Of a stretch of DNA of 64,000 nucleotides, positions 36,656 to 49,722 are shown piece after piece (positions within the stretch are counted from its first letter, which is position 1; each line of letters starts with the position of its first letter). The stretch is from Podarcis erhardii. Taxonomy: Eukaryota. Under the pieces are notes generated by a model, which did not search any database, had not been told where the DNA came from, and saw only the letters and a list, made by a program, of their open reading frames with translations. The position numbers and the translations under genes were made by a program. Location of the stretch: the NCBI GenBank assembly GCA_964252035.1, contig OZ176216.1. One strand, given 5' to 3'.

Positions 36656-37577
36656 TATGAACCTCATGCCTGACTGATCCACCAAGGGAGCCCTGGAGAG
36701 TCTGCGCCAGACCACCACCATTGCCACCAAGCACGCTCTGGTTGCAGGGATACAGAGCAATGATGTGGGGTAGGAGCAGGGGTGGCATTGCCTAACCTGG
36801 ACAGAAGGGCTCAGGCCATAATCATAATCAGGCCAAAGGGGGCAAATTTAGTCCAGCATCCTGCTCTCACGGGGTCCAAAGATGGCGGAACGCAAAACTC
36901 GCAAGCTGGACCTGAGCCCAAGAGCCCTCTCCCCTCCTGCGGTTTCCAGCAACTAGCATCCAGAAGCACGGCTGTCTCTGACCGTGAAGGCTGAGCCGAG
37001 CCATTGTGGTTAATAGCTATCAATTTGTCCTCTTTTAAAGGACAACTGGTGACCACTGCTGCCCCCTCTCCTCCATGCACCTCTGCAAATCTGACAGAGG
37101 CCAGCCTGGGCTGCCATGGAGAGCCTGGTGAAAAGGCAGAGAGTCTTAATAGACTGACCCATCGCACTTTGCCACCCAGGCCCTGGTGCGCCAGCGGGGA
37201 AGGGCGGCCACTCAGCCCGGCCCCTTCCCCTCGTGCCAAGAGGAGCTCTGCCGAGTGTCAGAGGGATAATTAGCGGTGCAGCCTGGCTCCGTCTCAAGTC
37301 ACAGCTGCCGAGGCGGGAGGGGCAGCTCCTCCACTGCTGGACTTGACCAATGCAGATGCCAAGCAGCTTAGGCACTTCTGGAGGGAAAAGGGCAGGGAAC
37401 CACCCCGCTCCGTCCCCCAGAAGCTGACAGAGGTGAGGGGGGGAGGATGCCATGACTCTGAAGCCGTGAGTGGAGGGCAAGAGAGGCAGCCCAGCAGTAT
37501 CTTCGGAGGTGTCCAGATGCACAGTGGAGAGATAGGCAACTTTACAAAAGGCACAGCAGGCAGCATGATCTGTCCTG

Positions 37578-38175
37578 TTTATGATACGATCTCTTTATTG
37601 TCATTGTCCCATACAGAACAATGAAATTGAAAAATCTACATAAGACATTCAAAAACCCCTAAAAACTCTGAAACCCCATTTTAAAATACAATATACTATA
37701 GAGACTCTTTATACTGCATTTAGAACCAGAATTGCATTTGGGTAGAAACTGTTTCTCAGGCGGCTACTCCTGGTCTTTATAACCCTATACAGTGGTGCCC
37801 CGCAAGACGAATGCCTCGCTAGACGAAAAACGCGCAAGACGAATTTCCCTATGGGCTTGCTTCACAAGACGAAAACGTCTTGCGGGTTTCTTGAGTTGCT
37901 TCGCAAGACGAATTTCCCTATGGACTTGCTTCGCAAGACGAAAACGTCTTGCGGGTTTGCTTCCTTTTTCTTAAAGCCATTAATATCCGGGGAATCCGCG
38001 CTCCGCAAGACGAAAAAATCGCAAGACGAAGCAACTCGCGGAATGAATTAATTTCGTCTTGCGAGGCACCACTGTACCTTCTTCCAGAAGGCAGAAGCTG
38101 AAGGAGATCATTTCAGGGGTGCATACTATCATGCGCTATCTCTGCAGCTTTCTTATGGCACCTGACTGTTTGTCA
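37578..38175 (-). mobile_element. Rex1/Babar-like non-LTR retrotransposon 3' fragment, split by a MITE at 37790-38074
   Basis: Removing the MITE and one TA restores KAAEIAHDSMHP*NDLLQLLPSGRRYRVIKTRSSRLRNSFYPNAI, which resembles the Rex1 C-terminus (...HP...LLPSGRRYRS...RLRNSFYP). The 3' UTR ends CAATGACAATAAAG. Confidence 0.8.
37790..38074. mobile_element. Tc1/mariner (Tigger-like) MITE, 285 bp
   Basis: TIRs CAGTGGTGCCCCGCAAGACGAA / CAGTGGTGCCTCGCAAGACGAA (21/22 match), TA on both sides, and internal repeats of CTTCGCAAGACGAA. Confidence 0.92.
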
Positions 38176-38742
38176 CTGAGGGCCAGCCAGGGCACAGCTA
38201 CGCAGGGTCTTAACGGCTGGAAAACCAGCGGAGTCTTCTAAGACCCACACAGGTCTTAGGCCGACCTGCTTTTCAGTCTCGCTTCGCAGCAACAGGGTCT
38301 AGGCACTTGCTGCTTTCTCTCTCGCACTCGCTCTGAGGAAACTGAACTTGGGTGTTCAGATTCTACTGACCCTGCAGTTTTGTGCGGGAATCGCAGGACC
38401 CCCGCAGAGCGATGCAGGGGGGCGGCCTTTGCTCTGAAGCTGCTGCTCAGCCCAGAAATCTCTTCTCCTTTGCTAAGCGATTCTAAAGGTGGCGCTTGAA
38501 TTTCTCACGCCTATGAACTGAAGGGGCGGCCAGGGAAGCCAAGCTGGGTGGGTAGCTGCCATTTATTTCCCTTAGGCACTAAAGCTCACCAATAATATCC
38601 CAATAAAGTGAGGCAGGGGAACCTGGTGCCCCTCCAGACGTTACTTGCTCCCAACAAGCGGAGATGAGTCCGGCAACAACCTCTTGTCCAGTGTTCTAAA
38701 GCGAGGCTCATTTATAGCACAACTCTGAATATTTATTTATTT

Positions 38743-39110
38743 AAAAAGTAAAGGACCCCTGACAGTTAAGTCCAGTCGCGAATGACTCTGGGGTTGCGGC
38801 GCTCATCTCCCTTTACTGGCCAAGGGAGCCGACATTTTGTCCACAGGAAGGGACGCGTTGAGGTCATGTGGCCAGCATGACTAAGCCGTTTCTGGCGAAC
38901 CAGAGCAGCGCACGAAAACGCCATTTACCTTCCCGCTGGAGTGGTACCTATTTATCTACTTGCACTTTGATGTGCTTTTGAACTGCTTGGTTGGCAGGAG
39001 CTGGGACTGAATAATGGGAGATCACCCCGTTGCGGGGATTCGAATCACCGGCCTTCCGATCAGCAAGCCCTAGGCTCAGTGGTTTAGACCACAGCGCCAC
39101 CTGCGTCCCC
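38743..39110 (-). mobile_element. Sauria SINE, full length, inserted in the (TATT)n tail of a MIR-like SINE
   Basis: Same head, body and tail as 3087-3418 with a longer middle segment. TATTTATTTATT flanks both sides. Confidence 0.9.
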
Positions 39111-39659
39111 TATTTATTTATTACTTTACATTTATATCCCACTTTCCCTCCACAGAGTTCACGGTGGCTTCCATGACCCCTCCCCCCATTTAATCCCCAC
39201 AACAACCCCACAAGGCAGCTTAGGCTGAGGGGCAGGGATGGGAGCAAGGTCTCCCCATGGGCTTCATGGCCAAGTGAGGCTTGGACCCCTGGTCTCCCCC
39301 AGGTCCTAGTCTGATGCTCTAACTACTGCACCACATTACACTGCCCCTCGCCTAGCACTGCAGGCCCCACTTGCCAGGCCTAGGGGGTTGCAGGGTCCAA
39401 AAGCAGCCTGAGATCAGCTGGACAGAGGGACAGCTGTAGGACATTCTTCTAGCACCCATAGAGCTGGTCTCTCTGGGGTGGCAAGATGGAAAGAGGAGAC
39501 AACCAGGTGACCCAAGAAGAGAGCCCAAGAAGGGGCAACAGATCAAAGGATAGTCCTTCTTCACGCAGAATGGAGTTAAATGGTGGAACTCGCTCTACCA
39601 GGAGGTAGTGACAGCCACCCACTTGGATGATGATGATGATAACAGTAATAGTAATTGTA

Positions 39660-39915
39660 AATAATAATAATAATAACAACATTGCCCATCTGACTGGGTT
39701 TCCCCAGCCACTTTGTGCGGATTCCAGCAGATATAAGAACATAACGAAACATCAAACATTAAAAACCTTCCCTTTCCAGGGCTTCCTTCAGATGTCTTCC
39801 AAAGATTATATAGTTACTTATCTCCTTGACACCTGATGGGAGGGTGTTCCACAGGGTGGGTGCCACTACCGAGAAGGCACTCTGTCTGGTTCCCTGTAGC
39901 TTCACTCCTCGCAGG
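39660..39915 (-). mobile_element. L2 3' end
   Basis: Reverse complement aligns by eye to 845-1075 over ~240 bp. Confidence 0.8.
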
Positions 39916-40854
39916 TGACTTTTGAAAGAGGATTAAACAAATTCGGGGAGGAGAGGGCCATGGATGGCTACTAGCCATGCTAGCTGCACTCTGGCTCCAC
40001 GGTCAGAGGCAGCCAGGCTTCTGAAGCCACAGAAGCGAGGAGTGTTGCTCTTGGGCTCAAATCCTGCTTGCAGGTTTCCCATAGGCATCTCTTCAGCCGC
40101 TGGGAGAAGAGGAGGCTGGACTTTGGCCTGATCCAGCAGACTCTCCTTCTGTTCTCAAGTGGCAGAGGGGGCCTTGTGGGCGCTCCTCTCCCAGGTTCGC
40201 CCCGGCCAGTCTGCTCTCCAGAGCACAGGGGTGCTCTGGCACTCACACGCACGCCCTGGTGTCCGTCTACCTGGGAGCTGCCTCCCACTTGGCCGGGAAG
40301 GCCGCTTTCGTTTCCCAGAGAACAAAATATTCGTGGAAAACATAAACCAACTGTCGTCAAAGTTGTCGAGGCTCAGGAAGCGGAGAGGGGCTGCCATGTG
40401 GCCGGATGTTATGCCTTTCCAATTAGCGCTATACATCTTTCAGCGGCGGGAGAGTGTCCCCTTTTTCTGTGCTGGGAAACCGAGAGCGCGGCCCTTGTTA
40501 TTGTAACTGTCAAGGAGTGCTTAAAACAGATAATCTCCAGGAAAAGTGATAAACACCCAGCGCTCCCCGCCAGGGTGTGCTGGACACCATCGGCCAGGCC
40601 TGAAGGGCAGCGAGAGAGGAAGGAGGTGGCCATGGAGGAGGGAGCCAGAGGAAGAGCCTGGGAAGAAGAAGCAGGAGAAAGCAGAAATGCCACTGACAGT
40701 GCCAGCTTCCTCCTCAATGCCCAGATGGGAGCAGCAAAGCAAGAAGAGGGAGCTACATGAAGGCCACTGCCAGGTCAGGGGAGCCAGTGGAAGGAGTGAG
40801 AGCAGCAGCAGCAGGGCTAATGCCCAGGCAGAAGGGGCCAAACGGCCCCAGATG

Positions 40855-41190
40855 GAGACAACTGCACAGTTAACCTATGGAACTTGCTCCCACGGGAGGC
40901 AGGGAGGGCCACCAAGTGAAATGGCTTTAAAACAGGGTTGGACAAATCCACAGAGGAGAAAAAGGCTACGGAGGACTACGAGGCACAATGGCTCTGTCCT
41001 GCCTCCTTGGTCAGAGGCAGTAATGCTTCTGAATCCCAGTTGCTGGAAAGCACAAGAGGAGAGAGGGCTCTTGTGCTCTGGTCCTGCTTATGGGGTTGCC
41101 TCTGGGGCATCTCATTGGCCACCGTGAGAAGAGGATGCTGGACCAGATGAGCCACAGGCCTCATCCAGCAGGCTCTCCTTTGGTTCTTAT
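40855..41190 (+). mobile_element. CR1 3' fragment (part of a duplicated block)
   Basis: GTTAACCTATGGAACTTGCTCCCAC...GGCCACCGTGAGAAGAGGATGCTGGACCAGATG...GGTTCTTA. Confidence 0.8.
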
Positions 41191-42537
41191 CCACAGTCCA
41201 AAGAGGAGAGTTCCCAACGCAGGAGGAATCATCATCATCTACCTGACAAAACACACAGGACGTGGGTGTTAAGAGAGACCTTGATTTCGGGCCAAGGGAG
41301 GCCAGTGTTGGCAGGCTGTGAAAGGGTCCAAAATTGCAGCAGACCACTTGCCAAGGCAGAAAAACCTTAACCCAGCAACAAAGAGGGGAGAGAGCTCTTA
41401 TGCTTGGATTCTGCTTTTGGGCTTCCCGGAAGAAGCATCCGCTTGGCCCCCTTAAAAAGAGGATGGTGGCCTAGATGGGCCACTGGCCAGATCCAGAGTC
41501 TTGCACAGCCCAGGCTGAAGGAGACACACCTTTCCAGATGTTACGAAAGAGAGCTTGGCCTTTGAGAGCAGAAGGCAGCAGCACTCTGCTCCCAAAAGAC
41601 AAGAGTGGATGTGTTTGGATGGCCAGCCAGGCTGGGGGAGCCACCCCAGGAGGCAACTTCTTGATGTCTCATCGACTGACTCTGCAGCCGCCGCTACCAC
41701 CACCAGACCCCTCTCCACCAGCTGGCTGGCAGGAAGGCTGTGGGGCTGGCTCCCCCCCATCTCCCTCCCAGCTGACACCACCTGGAGGCGATCATCATTT
41801 GCCTCTTCCCTTATCACTGCTGCTCAGACACTCGCTGAGTTGTTGCCTTCTGAGTCACCCTCAGCCAGACAGTCCTGGCACCGCACCCTCCGCCTCCCCC
41901 CTTCCCAGCCCCACGGCTGGCCTTCTTGCAGGAAGTGGGCAGCCAGAGAGGAGGCAAGCACCCAGGAGGGCCTGTGGATGCTTCTAAGCCCCCACTGGGA
42001 TGCAGAGGGATGGGGCGGGGGTGGGGGGGAGGCTGGTATGTCAACCAGACAGGAATGCAAATCTCTGGGGTGGGATGTTGGGGGGGGGGGAGGAAGAGTC
42101 CCAGCTGGGGGGCATTCCTCCAAAGCCCTAGCTTAATGTGTGCCTGACACATGGCTCCCTCCCACCTCCTCCCAAATGACAGTCTCCTGCCAGACTCAAG
42201 CAGCATGCGCACACATTGGCTGGAGCCAGGAATACCCATTGAATGCAAAAGTCTTGTAGCCCCACTGTCCAAAGAGGGGAGTGGAAAGGGAAATAGCGCC
42301 TGCATGGGGTGTGAGTGTGCAAAAGCCTTCACCAAAGATTCCCAGTCCCACTAAGTTCACCTGGCATAGTTACTCTTAGAGGGAGGAGGGAAGAGAGAGA
42401 GAAAGACAGGCTCCTTGGAAGTTCAGCTGAGCCCCTTCTCAATCTATTAAGACTATTACTTGAATAGGTCTTCCAACTGGTGGGCCAGGGCCTGATCCGA
42501 GGTGGGCCACAACAGGAGCACTACCACCCAGCAAATA

Positions 42538-42794
42538 CAGTGTTTTTCGCTCTATAAGATGCACCAGACCATAAGATGCACCTAGTTTTTGGAGGAGGAA
42601 AACAAGAAAAAAAATATTCTGAATCTCAGAAGCCAGAACAGCAAGAGGGATCGCTGTGCAGTGAAAGCAGCAATCCCTCGCTGTTCTGGCTTCTGGGATA
42701 GCTGTGCAGCCTGCATTCGCTCCATAAGACGCACACACATTTCCCCTTACTTTTTAGGAGGGAAAAAGTGAGTCTTATAGAGCAAAAAATACGG
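42538..42794. mobile_element. Tc1/mariner (Tigger-like) MITE, second family, 257 bp
   Basis: TIRs CAGTGTTTTTCGCTCTATAAGA / CCGTATTTTTTGCTCTATAAGA with TA on both sides. Confidence 0.88.
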
Positions 42795-45700
42795 TATATG
42801 GGATAAGACTAATAAATGGGTCTCCAAATGCATGTTTGGGTGAAAAGTGGGTCCTGGGTCTGAAAAGGTTGAAGGTACCTGATCTATCAAAAGCAGAAGG
42901 GGTCTACTTAAGAGCTCCCGCCCCCCGCCCCCCCGCCTGGATCACTGGCCTTAGAATAGAATGATAATATTATTATTATTTATATGTTGCACATCTGACT
43001 GGGTTGTCCCAGCCGCTCAGAAACAAAATATTAAAAACACAGAATGGATCCTGATGGATCCACAGAATCTCTCTCCCCCCCCCCTGTAACTTTCTAGTCC
43101 TTTGGGGCATCAGAGGACAAAAGCTCTTCTCTGTCTGGGAGTCAGGAGATTGGGAAAAGGGTCATGGTTTTCTGTGCTGGATTTGCACCCCCCCCCCGAT
43201 GTCCTAGGACAGTCGCTCTGCAGCTCACACGTGGTCAGGATAATTGCACAGGGCTTTCACGGACTGGGGGGGGGGGCAGGTGTGGCCTTTGAGAGCCTCC
43301 TTTGCAAATCACTCTTTCTTGGAGGGAGGGGGGAGAGAAGGACAAGGTGAGGCCTGGTGGAAAGTGTGGAGCAAGGGGTGGGGGAGAGAGAACAGAGGGG
43401 CTCTCCCCATGGAAGCCATTAGATACTCAACACTTCATTTATTTCTGGCCCCCCAGCCCCCCCCAAGCCGGGGAGCATAGCTCTCTCTTTTGGCTCCAGG
43501 ACGGGAGGCTCTCCTCTGACGTAACCAGGAAGCAGCTGCAGAATTAAGGAATCCCTCCTGACATCATAAAAAGGGTCGGTGGTTTACAGGGGAAAGTATA
43601 AAAATTAATGGCATATTCCCAGACGGGGCCTTGGGCCTGCGCGGGACTCGCACAGGAAGCCCGGCTGTGAGAGGGGCTTGCCCTGGCCAGGGTCCTGAAC
43701 CCCACATCCAACCCCTGGAGCCCCACACGCTCGTCCCCTTCGGCCTGGAGAGCCAATAGGAACAGGCGGCAGGAGGGAGAGGTGACTTTGAGGACGGTCT
43801 CCAGGTTGGGATCCACAAAAGACCAGACCCGTTTCCCCTCTGCGAGGTGACTGAGCAGCGCTACATCCTTACACACACACACACACCCCCACACACCCCC
43901 ACACACCGGGGTCTTCAGCCTCAAGCTCGCGTCCCCCCTGAAAGCGGAAAAGGGCGCTGTAGTGGCTAAAATTAACTCGGCCCTTTTCCCGGAAGCTATC
44001 CATGGAAAGCGGTTCTCCCATTTTTAGAACGTGTTATTCTCAGAAGTTTCCTGAAAAGGCCCCTAATGAGCAACAGGCGGAGAAGCCATTTCCACAGGCC
44101 TGCCATGGGGCAGAGCGGGTGCCGCCTATGGGGTGAGCAGGGAGGACACAATGGCCTTGCAGTCCCCCACCCTTGCCTCTCTGGAGAGCCTCCCCACCTG
44201 GGGGACCCTGCACGGACAGAAACACCCAGGCACCAGCAGCTCTCGGCGGCAACCCTCCAAGGCCCAGGGCATAGCAGCGTAATAAGCGCCTGCCGGGTCA
44301 GGCGGATAGTCCACCTGGCGCAGCCTCCTGTTCTCACAGTGGTCAACCAGATACTTCAGTGGGAAGCTTGCAAGCAGGACCTGAGCACTACAGCAATTCT
44401 CCAGTTGTTGTTCTCCACCATCTGGTATTCAGAGGTAGACTGTCCCTGGGCATGGAGGTTCTGCTATCAAGACACTTGTCCATAACCAGGCCAAAGAGGG
44501 TCTAGTCTAGCATCCTGTTCTTGCAGGTGCCCTCAAAGGGAAAAAGCCAACATGCGAAAACTGAGCGCACCAGCAACTCTCTCTACCTGTGATTCCCAGC
44601 AACTGCCATTCAGAGGCATTTGCCGTCTCCAACAGTAGAGACAGAACAGAGCCATATTGGTGTCTGTGCACACCTGCCGCTATTAACCCCACAAAACTGC
44701 TCTGGAGGGAATGCAACCGCTGGGGTCTGGGGTACGGTCTCCCATGGCAACATCCCTCACCAGGACTAGCAGAAACAGCAGGTTCTGCCAAGCTGCAAAG
44801 AGCAGAGACTTTTGCTCCCCCAGGGCTGCACAACTCATAGAATTCTGCTGGAGATCTGGGGTCAGTGTTTTAGTGCCGTTTGGGGCCTCCTCCAAGGAGG
44901 TGCTATTTGGGGCCCTTGCCGCCTCGCCAGCTCAGAAGAGGAAACGCATAGCTCCCGTATTTGAGCAAAGTGCGTCCACGTTTAACTGCAGGATGGCTAG
45001 AAGTGGGGTGGGGGTCAAGTTCCTGATGCGCAGCACCCGCATTTCCAGGGGGAAAGCGCAGGGGCTTCCTCTGGCAGCCCAACTGCAGAGAAAGCTGCCG
45101 GCCTCTGCAGGCTGCTTGGGATCACCTGCAGCCAGAAGGGAGCACCCATTCACCCTGTAGGAGGCTGAGACTCCATCGCTGGGTGGGAGAGGCCAGGCGG
45201 GATTCCCCCAGCCCTGCGCCAGAGGCTGTCTGGAGCCTGACAGCTGTGTGTGAATGTGCAGGAGGGAGACCCAGTTTCCTTGGAGACTCCTTTGTGTGTG
45301 GCTGGTGGGGTGGCAAGGACAGGGAGGCAAGGGCCCAGGGAGAGGGACAGCTCTGTCATCAAAGCCAGCAGGGCAAGGGCAGCCGCTGCCGCTCCTGTCC
45401 ATCAGTCCTTCCTTCCTCACCCGCAAGCCCATCTGCCCTACCAGCAAGACTCTTCTGGCGACATGCCCTGCACCCTCCGCCTCTCCTGGAATCTGCGCCT
45501 ATTTTAAACATCGTTCGGAAGCCACCTTTGGCGACGCAAAGCAGCGTAGCAGCTCAGTGCCAAAGACGGATATAAAAATAGTCGAAACTGAAAAAAGCTG
45601 CTATGTCAACGTTCAAAGGAACCCAGGAAGCTGTTCTAAACAGGTCAGCCATGGGCAGCAGCCACCCTGGGCTTCAGAGATGCCACTGGGGAGCTTCTGC

Positions 45701-48700
45701 ATGCAAAGCATGTGCCCTCCCACTAAAAATAAAGCAAGATCCCAGCCCTCATGGTTCTGGCTTAAGGGCCGATTTAAACAGGAAGCTGGTGGGAAAGGGC
45801 TGGATCTCAGAAAGTCCCAGGCTCAGTTCCCAGCAGCATCTCCAGGTGGGGCTGGGAGAGCCTCCTGCCAGCCCAACCCCAGCGGGCCACAGCTGCCAGT
45901 CAGTGCAAGCAACACTAGGTAGATGACCCAATGGCCTGACTCGGTATATGGCAGCTTCCTATGGGAATTGCCTCTGGGACTTCCTGTGGTGTGTGTGTAA
46001 TTTTAACAGCCCCCCTCCCAGCAGAAAGCCCTGCAGAGCAGACTCATCTCAGTGCAGATTTGCTCTTAAAAGCCCCACCCCAAAGTGCTGATTTGCGGCA
46101 GAGTCTCTCTTGGGCCGGCCGCAGGGCCAGTAGCCGAAGGGGGACTCCTCTTCCTCTTCCTCTCCCCCCCCCGGCTTTCCTTTCTGGGAGAGGAGAAGCT
46201 GCAGAGGCACTGGGAAAGGCCCAGCAAGCTGCCTGGGGTTGGCAGCTGCGTCTCCTAGCAGGTTTGGGGGAGCCCGATTCCGAGCCGGGGGCTTGGGTTT
46301 CAACTCTGACCAGCCGCTCCGAGGCTCCTCTCTCTTTCTGGAGCACACGGCCGAATAAAACATTTTTTCATAAATTTAACGCCAGCATGTCTGTGTTTGG
46401 AAACTCTTGAAAATCCATGTTGTATGGTTTACTGCGCTGGAAAAGGTGCCAGCAAGAGTTTCAAAGGAAGGGAAGTGTATAACTGTTTCCTTTCAAAATG
46501 CTTTTTGTTTTTTTCCAATGGGATCCATTGAGGGAAAAGGGCTGGAACTAACTAAAACATTATTAAAAACTGTTACGAAGAGAGACAGAGAGATGGAAAA
46601 AGATAGACCGGGGCGGGGGGGGGAGTAAACCCCAGTGTGGAATTGAGGAGGACTGCTGGGGGCGGGGGGAGAGCAGGAAAGGAAGGGCAGATGCCACTAG
46701 GAGGAAAAAAGTAAGTAAAAGCCCCCCTGGGCAGGGGGCATTTCTCTTGGCCCTGGCACCCACGGCTCAGGACGCCAGCACAGGGCCAAGCAGAAGGCCG
46801 GTGGGGAGGCCCCTCTGGCAGGCACTTCTGACCAAAAGTGTTTTTCTTTTCTGCAGGAGGGGAAGGCTCCCCTACTACCCTAACCCCCACCCAGTGCAGG
46901 AGATCCAGCCAGCTTTACTAAGTGGGGGCGTGCCTGGCACCCCCCCACAAGCACCCCCCGTTAACTCACAAGCACAATGCCAAGGCTCATCTAGTTCCAA
47001 TTGAGAACTGCAGAGTTGGCAGGGTCCCCCAAAGGTCATCCAGCCCAGCCCACTGCAATGCAGGCAGCACAGCTCAAGAATCCCCAAAGGGTGGCCGTCC
47101 GACTTCTGCTTAAAAACTCCCCCCCCGCTCCAGCTTTGAGACTCCCCCCACTCGGGAGAGCATCAGACTGTAGCCAAGGAAACAGACTGGTCTGTGGCAA
47201 GAACTTCGTGAAGGAGTCAGAATCCTGCGCCGCGAGAGCCGCCTTGCCAGAATGACGGCTCTCTCTTGAGCAGCTTTTCAGGGATGGGCTTATTCTGAGC
47301 TAGAATTCAGGGCTCCAAAGTCCTATGGGCACACACACACACACACACACACACACGGATATACACACACACAGCTTGCTGCCCGCCTGCTTGTGTGGCA
47401 TTACTGCTGCATACTGATCAAGGTCTTTGATCCACCCGCCTGGGCATTTGGGGTTTCCGCAGAATCATAGACTTGCAGAGTTGGAAGCGACCCCAAGGAC
47501 CATCTAGTCCCGCCTCGCAATCCCAGCTAAAGCATCCCTGACAGACGGCCACCTGGCCTCTGCTTAGAAACCACCAAGGAAGAAGAGCCCACTAACTTCT
47601 GCCTTTTGCTAAGCCTTTCTTCTCAGCTTCTGCCCTCATCTTCCCCTGAAGGCAGAGGGGATCCACACCGCAGGACTCAGGAGGACACTTGCCTTCCACA
47701 AGCCTGACTGGCGGTTGCTACTCATGCAGCCGGTGCTGCGTTTGGGCTGGTGCACAGAACACTGCGTCCCCGAGCAGAGCAGACTTCAAAGGCCAAGTTC
47801 CTAGTCCTCATGGGACGGCACTGCAGCATCCTGCTCAGTCCCCCTGTCCTTCCCTCTGATCAGAGAGCTTCCTGCGCTTGTTACTGGGGCTGTGGATAAG
47901 TCTCAGCCTCCACCAGCCTGGCATTTTGGGACTGCTCCCTGGGTGACCCTGGGAGCTGATCACTCACTCTCAGCCTCCCCCACCTGGCAGGGCTGTTGTG
48001 GAGATAAAATGAGGGCCAGAACCATGGACCTTGAGCCCCACTGAGGAAAAGGTGGGATGTAAATGCAATGGAGTTATATTGTAGTGCAAGCACACCTGGA
48101 GGGCACCTGGTTGGCAAAGGCTGGTGCAACAGTCCTGGGCACTTGGGTCAGGGCCAGGCACCTTTCCTGGGTCTGTTACAGCTAACAGATATTGACAGAC
48201 CAATTCCCCACCAGTGTGAAAGAAGAGTCCGGCTGCTGGATGAGGCCCAGAGGCTGGGGGGCCGATGGCAGCCTGCACTTGAAAACATCTCCGTTTGGCA
48301 GAGCCTTGACCCTTCCCAAGATTAAACCTAAGCTGAGCTGGCTTCTACTGCCCCGTCCTCCTCACTTGCAGCCTTGGGAGCCGCTGCCCGGCTGCGGAAA
48401 GAGGGGGTCCTGGCACAGCCTCCGCACCACGTTTTCCCAGCCTCCGGGTCTTGGGGGTGCCTCATCCGTGGGCTGCTGAGCACATGTGGAGGGATGAGGG
48501 GAAAAATAAACAGGCAGACAAAAGAATGAGGACACCCTGCCAATTCCAATCGAGCGGCGTTGCGTTCAAATGCTTATCAAGCTGAGAAAGAGCAGAGTTC
48601 TTGGAAAAACGGGGCTGCCTTTCTTCTGGTGCCAGCGTCAGCCACCTCTCAAGGATGGGTACAGGCCAGGCACAGCGGCCGGTGGGCCCACCCTCCCCAA

Positions 48701-49264
48701 ACAGCCCCTTCCAGGGGGGCTGGTAAGCATGCATTTTTTAAAAAAAGTTAACTAAAGGGGTGGGGGACACACACATTTTTTATTGTTTCGAATCTCGGAT
48801 CCTGCTGCTGCAGGAGAGCCAAGCAGCCCGCCATCAGTTTGTACAATAAAAAGATTTTCTTCCCCATTTTTTTTTTTGCTAGCCCCCCTAATTAATGGGA
48901 GGGATGTCTGCCCTGCACCAGATGTCAGCCCAGGGTGCTTGGGGATGTTTGCCGTGGGCCAGTGGCTGCCTCTTGCCGCTTTAGCCCATAGCCCAGTGTA
49001 TACTGGGGTTGGGGAGAGTATCCTGTGTGACCCTTCCTGAGGGCCAGTGTTTCTCCACGCCCGCCCCCCCCCCCCGAGCCACACAAGAGACAGAGGAAAG
49101 CATCTCAGGGGGCCACACGCACATGTAATGGGTTTCAAAAAGAAAAGGGGAAGAAAATGTGCCTTTTCTGGATGGAGTTGCATGAGCTTCTGAGAAATCT
49201 TCCCCCCAAAAGGGGCAAAAGACCTAAAGCTCCATTACTAAGCTGGCAGGGGAATGGACTCCCT

Positions 49265-49402
49265 TGGCAGCCCTGTATAGGGAAGTTTTCAATGTCTGAT
49301 GTTTTATTGTGTTTTTAATATTTTGTTGGGAGCAGCTCAGAGTGGTGGGGGCAACCCAGTTGGATGGGCGGCTAATACTAATACTAATACAAATATGAAT
49401 AC
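49265..49402 (+). mobile_element. L2 3' end with (ATACTA)n tail
   Basis: Same family as 805-1090. Shorter copies at ~32090-32180 (+), ~42960-43040 (-), ~61710-61810 (+) and ~63480-63590 (-). Confidence 0.75.
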
Positions 49403-49404
49403 TA

Positions 49405-49722
49405 CAGTGGTGCCCCGCAAGACGAATGCCTCGCAAGACGGAAAACTCGCTAGACGAAAGAGTTTTCCGTTTTGGAGGTGCTTCGCAAAACGAATTTCCT
49501 ATGGGCTTGCTTCGCAAGACGAAAATGTCTTGCAAGTTCCTGCGGGTTCCCCCCCCTTTTTCTAAGCCGCTAAGCCGCTTATCTGCTTATCCGCTAAGCC
49601 GCTAAAAGCCGCTAATAGCGCTAATCCGCTAATCCGTCAATGGGCTTGCTTCGCAAGACGAAAAAACTGCTAGATGAAGAGACTCGCGGAACGGATTCTT
49701 TTCATCTTGTGAGGCACCACTG
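49405..49722. mobile_element. Tc1/mariner MITE, same family as 37790-38074, 318 bp
   Basis: Same TIR, TA on both sides, and an internal (GCCGCTAA)-like tandem expansion at 49562-49636. Confidence 0.92.

Noticed and set aside
37790-38074. CRISPR-like regularly recurring repeats (CTTCGCAAGACGAA)
   Set aside because: Irregular spacing, bounded by TIRs and TA in a vertebrate intron: these are subterminal repeats of a MITE.
42465-42881. hAT element hosting the MITE at 42538-42794
   Set aside because: The ends only loosely resemble a TIR and no TSD was found, so it is too weak to call.
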